Source: Halarcobacter sp. (lineage in GTDB: Bacteria; Campylobacterota; Campylobacteria; Campylobacterales; Arcobacteraceae). Taken from it: a stretch of 64,000 bases of DNA. The position numbers and the translations under genes were made by a program. The DNA lies in the NCBI GenBank assembly GCA_048571215.1, contig CP182352.1:544001-608000 (forward strand), in the 5' to 3' direction. This document shows positions 61,297 through 64,000 of the stretch, piece after piece (the first letter of the stretch is position 1; each line of letters starts with the position of its first letter). Below the pieces are notes generated by a model. It was not told where the DNA came from, did no database searches, and saw nothing but the letters and a program-made list of their open reading frames with translations.

Positions 61297-62202
61297 TTGT
61301 ATCACTATAAAGCATTTAATCTTCATTTCCAAACTCCATTTATTTGTCCAGAATTAATCGAAATAGAAGAGAATAACAATTTAGAAAAAGTGATTGTTAA
61401 ATATTCAAAATTCGCTAAAAACTTAAGTAAAAACTTAGTAGATGAGAATAGATATTATCAATCAAATGAAAATGAATACTTGTTAGACATAAAAGATATA
61501 GCAAGATTTTTAATAAGAAATGGAAATGAGATTCTAATAGAACAAAAAGGAAATTTACCAATTGAGACTTTAAGATTATATCTATTTGGTTCAGCTATTG
61601 GAGCACTGCTTCATCAAAGAAAAGCTTTTCCTTTTCATGCAAGTGGAATTGTTACTTCAAAAGGTGTAATTCTATTTTGTGGTGATTCAGGAGCAGGGAA
61701 ATCAACAACTCTCCAAGCTTTTTTAAAAAAAGGCTATAAGAAAATATCTGATGATACAATTTCTATGTTTTATGATGAAAACAAAAAACAAATTATGTGC
61801 GTCCCCTCTTATCCTCAAAGTAAGATTTGGCAAAATACAGCAGATATATTTAATCATGATACAAATGACTTAAGACAAATACATAAAGATTTCAATAAAT
61901 TTGCACTTCCTACTCATGATAAATTTGAAGATAGGGTTTTACCTTTGTATACTATATATGAATTAAATATACATGAGGAAGATAGTTTAAAAATAGAAAA
62001 AATAAATTTAAATACTGAGAAGCTAAATACAATTATTTATAATACTTATAGATACTACTATTTAGATAAACTTCCTCAAAGAAAAAACCATTTTGATTTA
62101 TCATTAAAAATAGCCAAAAGTATAGATATATATATAATATATAGACCAAAAGAGAAAAATAGTTTAGATGAAATTATAAAAAATATAGAAGATATTATTT
62201 AA
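61297..62202 (+). CDS. HPr-kinase-like P-loop kinase (lasso peptide kinase type)
   Basis: LLHQR..FPFHASG, CGDSGAGKSTT Walker A, ISDD; next to B1 and precursors. Confidence 0.85.
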   Translation: MYHYKAFNLHFQTPFICPELIEIEENNNLEKVIVKYSKFAKNLSKNLVDENRYYQSNENEYLLDIKDIARFLIRNGNEILIEQKGNLPIETLRLYLFGSAIGALLHQRKAFPFHASGIVTSKGVILFCGDSGAGKSTTLQAFLKKGYKKISDDTISMFYDENKKQIMCVPSYPQSKIWQNTADIFNHDTNDLRQIHKDFNKFALPTHDKFEDRVLPLYTIYELNIHEEDSLKIEKINLNTEKLNTIIYNTYRYYYLDKLPQRKNHFDLSLKIAKSIDIYIIYRPKEKNSLDEIIKNIEDII

Positions 62203-62257
62203 TTATTATATATAAGAAATTTTATGATATACTTTTAGCAAAAATAATGGAGTTTTT

Positions 62258-62377
62258 ATGAAAAATAAAAAAGTTAATATAAAAGAAATTTGGATTAAAC
62301 CAGAAGTTAAAGAGTTAGATGTTAATAAGACTGCAAATGCTACTTCTGTTAATTCAGATGGTTCACTTTTAAGTTAA
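62258..62377 (+). CDS. Lasso peptide precursor A1 (39 aa), below the ORF-track cutoff
   Basis: GGAG RBS; MKNKKVNIKEIWIKPEVKELDVNKTA-NATSVNSDGSLLS*. Shows the WxxPxxxxLDV leader, Thr at -2, Asp8 and C-terminal Ser. Confidence 0.85.
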   Translation: MKNKKVNIKEIWIKPEVKELDVNKTANATSVNSDGSLLS

Positions 62378-62620
62378 GTAAATTATGGCTATTTATTTCT
62401 TTAAACATTTTTAGTTTTAGAATATGATAGATTAAGATTTTTTTTGGTAGATTTTTTAATAAGATTTTATAATTGGACTTAATAAATTTACCGGCTCTTT
62501 ATGTACCCTTTATTATGTTATTATGATTCTAGTGTAGCATTTATAAAAGATGCTCAAAATCATAAACTTTGCAGAATAGAAACAATTTAAAATAAAAAAA
62601 TAAAGATTTAGGAAATTAAT

Positions 62621-63709
62621 TTGAATTGGATTAAAACTATTTTTATAAATATAAATATTTTAATAATATTTATATTTATATTAAATATGTCAAGCATAGG
62701 GATATATAAGATATATCATATTTTGAATGATGTAAAAAATAATGATAAAAAGTATGAACTACCTAGCTACGCAAATCAAGATTGGGCAAAAACTTATTTT
62801 GATGAATTTAATAATGTATCTTTTCAATATAAAGATTATTATGTTTGGAGAAGTTTGCCTTTTTCTGGTGAGACAATAAATATAGATAAAAATGGACATA
62901 GAAAAACATATCAACATCCAGATGAAAATAATTTATCAAAAATAGCTGTTTTTATAGGTGGTTCTACTACATGGGGATTTGGTGCTTATGATGAGGGGAC
63001 CATTCCTTCCTTTTTTTCAAAATATATGAAAGGAAAATATAAAGCTGTAAATTTAGGAGAAAATGGTTATTGTGCATTTCAAGAATATACATATTTGAGT
63101 TATCAATTGGCAAATGGATTAAAACCAGACTTGATAGTATCCTATGATGGTGTAAATCAACTTAAATCTCTACAAAATATAAATGAAGGATTTGGAAGTG
63201 CAAGAGAAAATCAAATTCAAGAAATGATGAAAGGAAAAGATACAAAAAAGGATTTAGAATTTAATATGATTATAAAACCTATAAATGATTTTATAGTTAA
63301 ATTAGTTGAGAAATACAATAATAAAAACAAACAGGAAGAGTTAGATTTATCAGAAAAAAACATTGAATCAGCAGCAAAAGAAGTAATTGAGAGTTGGATG
63401 TTGATAAATAATCTTGCAAAAATAAATAATTCAAAGTATATTATTATACTACAACCAAATCTATACATTGGAAATCCAAAAAAAGATCATCTTATATTAA
63501 GAGAAGAACGAGGAAAAGCATATAAGTTATTGTATAAGAAAATAAAAGATATGATTAAATTGGAAAAATATAAAGATATTTATAGTAAATTTTATGATTT
63601 TACAAATGCATATGATAATGAACAATATTTATACTGTGACGATTGTCATGTATCTCCAGTGGGAAATGAGATAATAGCTAAAAAAATTATTAATATTTTA
63701 AATAATTAG
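62621..63709 (+). CDS. Membrane-anchored SGNH/GDSL hydrolase-family protein
   Basis: N-terminal TM; FIGGSTTWG, NLGENG, YDGVN, DDCH blocks. Confidence 0.8.
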   Translation: MNWIKTIFININILIIFIFILNMSSIGIYKIYHILNDVKNNDKKYELPSYANQDWAKTYFDEFNNVSFQYKDYYVWRSLPFSGETINIDKNGHRKTYQHPDENNLSKIAVFIGGSTTWGFGAYDEGTIPSFFSKYMKGKYKAVNLGENGYCAFQEYTYLSYQLANGLKPDLIVSYDGVNQLKSLQNINEGFGSARENQIQEMMKGKDTKKDLEFNMIIKPINDFIVKLVEKYNNKNKQEELDLSEKNIESAAKEVIESWMLINNLAKINNSKYIIILQPNLYIGNPKKDHLILREERGKAYKLLYKKIKDMIKLEKYKDIYSKFYDFTNAYDNEQYLYCDDCHVSPVGNEIIAKKIINILNN

Positions 63710-63765
63710 AATAATATTCATTTGTTTAATGACAGAATTGAACATTAATAAAATAAGAGTTTTAT

Positions 63766-63899
63766 ATGGAAAATAAGAAAATCGAAAAAGTAGAAGTAAA
63801 AAAGTCTTGGGTTAAATCAAAAGTTAAAGAGTTAGATGTTAATAAAACAGCAGCTAGTGGTGGTGCTGTGCGTGGGATGGTTCAGCTTACGCTAGTTAA
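63766..63899 (+). pseudogene. Second lasso precursor A2, apparently frameshifted
   Basis: MENKKIEKVEVKKSWVKSKVKELDVNKTA-ASGGA...; the shifted frame from 63876 reads DGSAYAS*, parallel to A1 DGSLLS*. Confidence 0.75.
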
Positions 63900-64000
63900 A
63901 AGTAAGCCGTTAAGAAACTATGTTAATCGGGTGAGACAATACCTGAAAATGTAGAAATTAAAGGTAAGAGAATTTACCTAAATTGTATTAGTAGTGTAAA

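Noticed and set aside
63766..63954. 62-aa ORF as a genuine full-length protein
   Set aside because: Better explained as a frameshifted precursor whose natural stop is at 63897-63899.

Overview
AT-rich window from a Campylobacterota (Arcobacter-like) chromosome; the taxon is inferred from composition and protein types. (1) 130-26344: type I secretion operon (HlyB, HlyD, GT2) followed by a 6788-aa RTX protein with an FrpC-like Asp-Pro self-processing module. The 1.6 kb upstream of this gene is structured: a RAYT/Y1-transposase remnant, three copies of a ~30-bp motif (two forming an inverted pair), two paralogous small genes (one frameshifted in an AG tract) and an orphan 13-codon copy of an RTX-like N-terminus. 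I read this as a cassette-shuffled polymorphic toxin/immunity locus (inference). (2) 27130-29149: core genes ribH-nusB-pyrF and three tRNAs. (3) 29291-51533: Lap-like adhesin system: a ~3290-aa adhesin with 12 x 486-bp repeats and a VWA domain, OmpA, a two-component pair, TolC, LapG-like, LapD-like, a second T1SS and a LuxR regulator. The LapG homologue has lost its catalytic Cys and His, and the adhesin lacks the TAAG-type cleavage site. (4) 51589-60442: TetR plus EmrAB-OMF efflux, an orphan sensor kinase and a NUDIX hydrolase. (5) 60522-63900: a partly decayed paeninodin-like lasso peptide cluster (RRE/B1, pseudogenised B2, HPr-kinase-like, SGNH) with one intact unannotated 39-aa precursor and one frameshifted precursor. 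No lasso cyclase lies inside the window.
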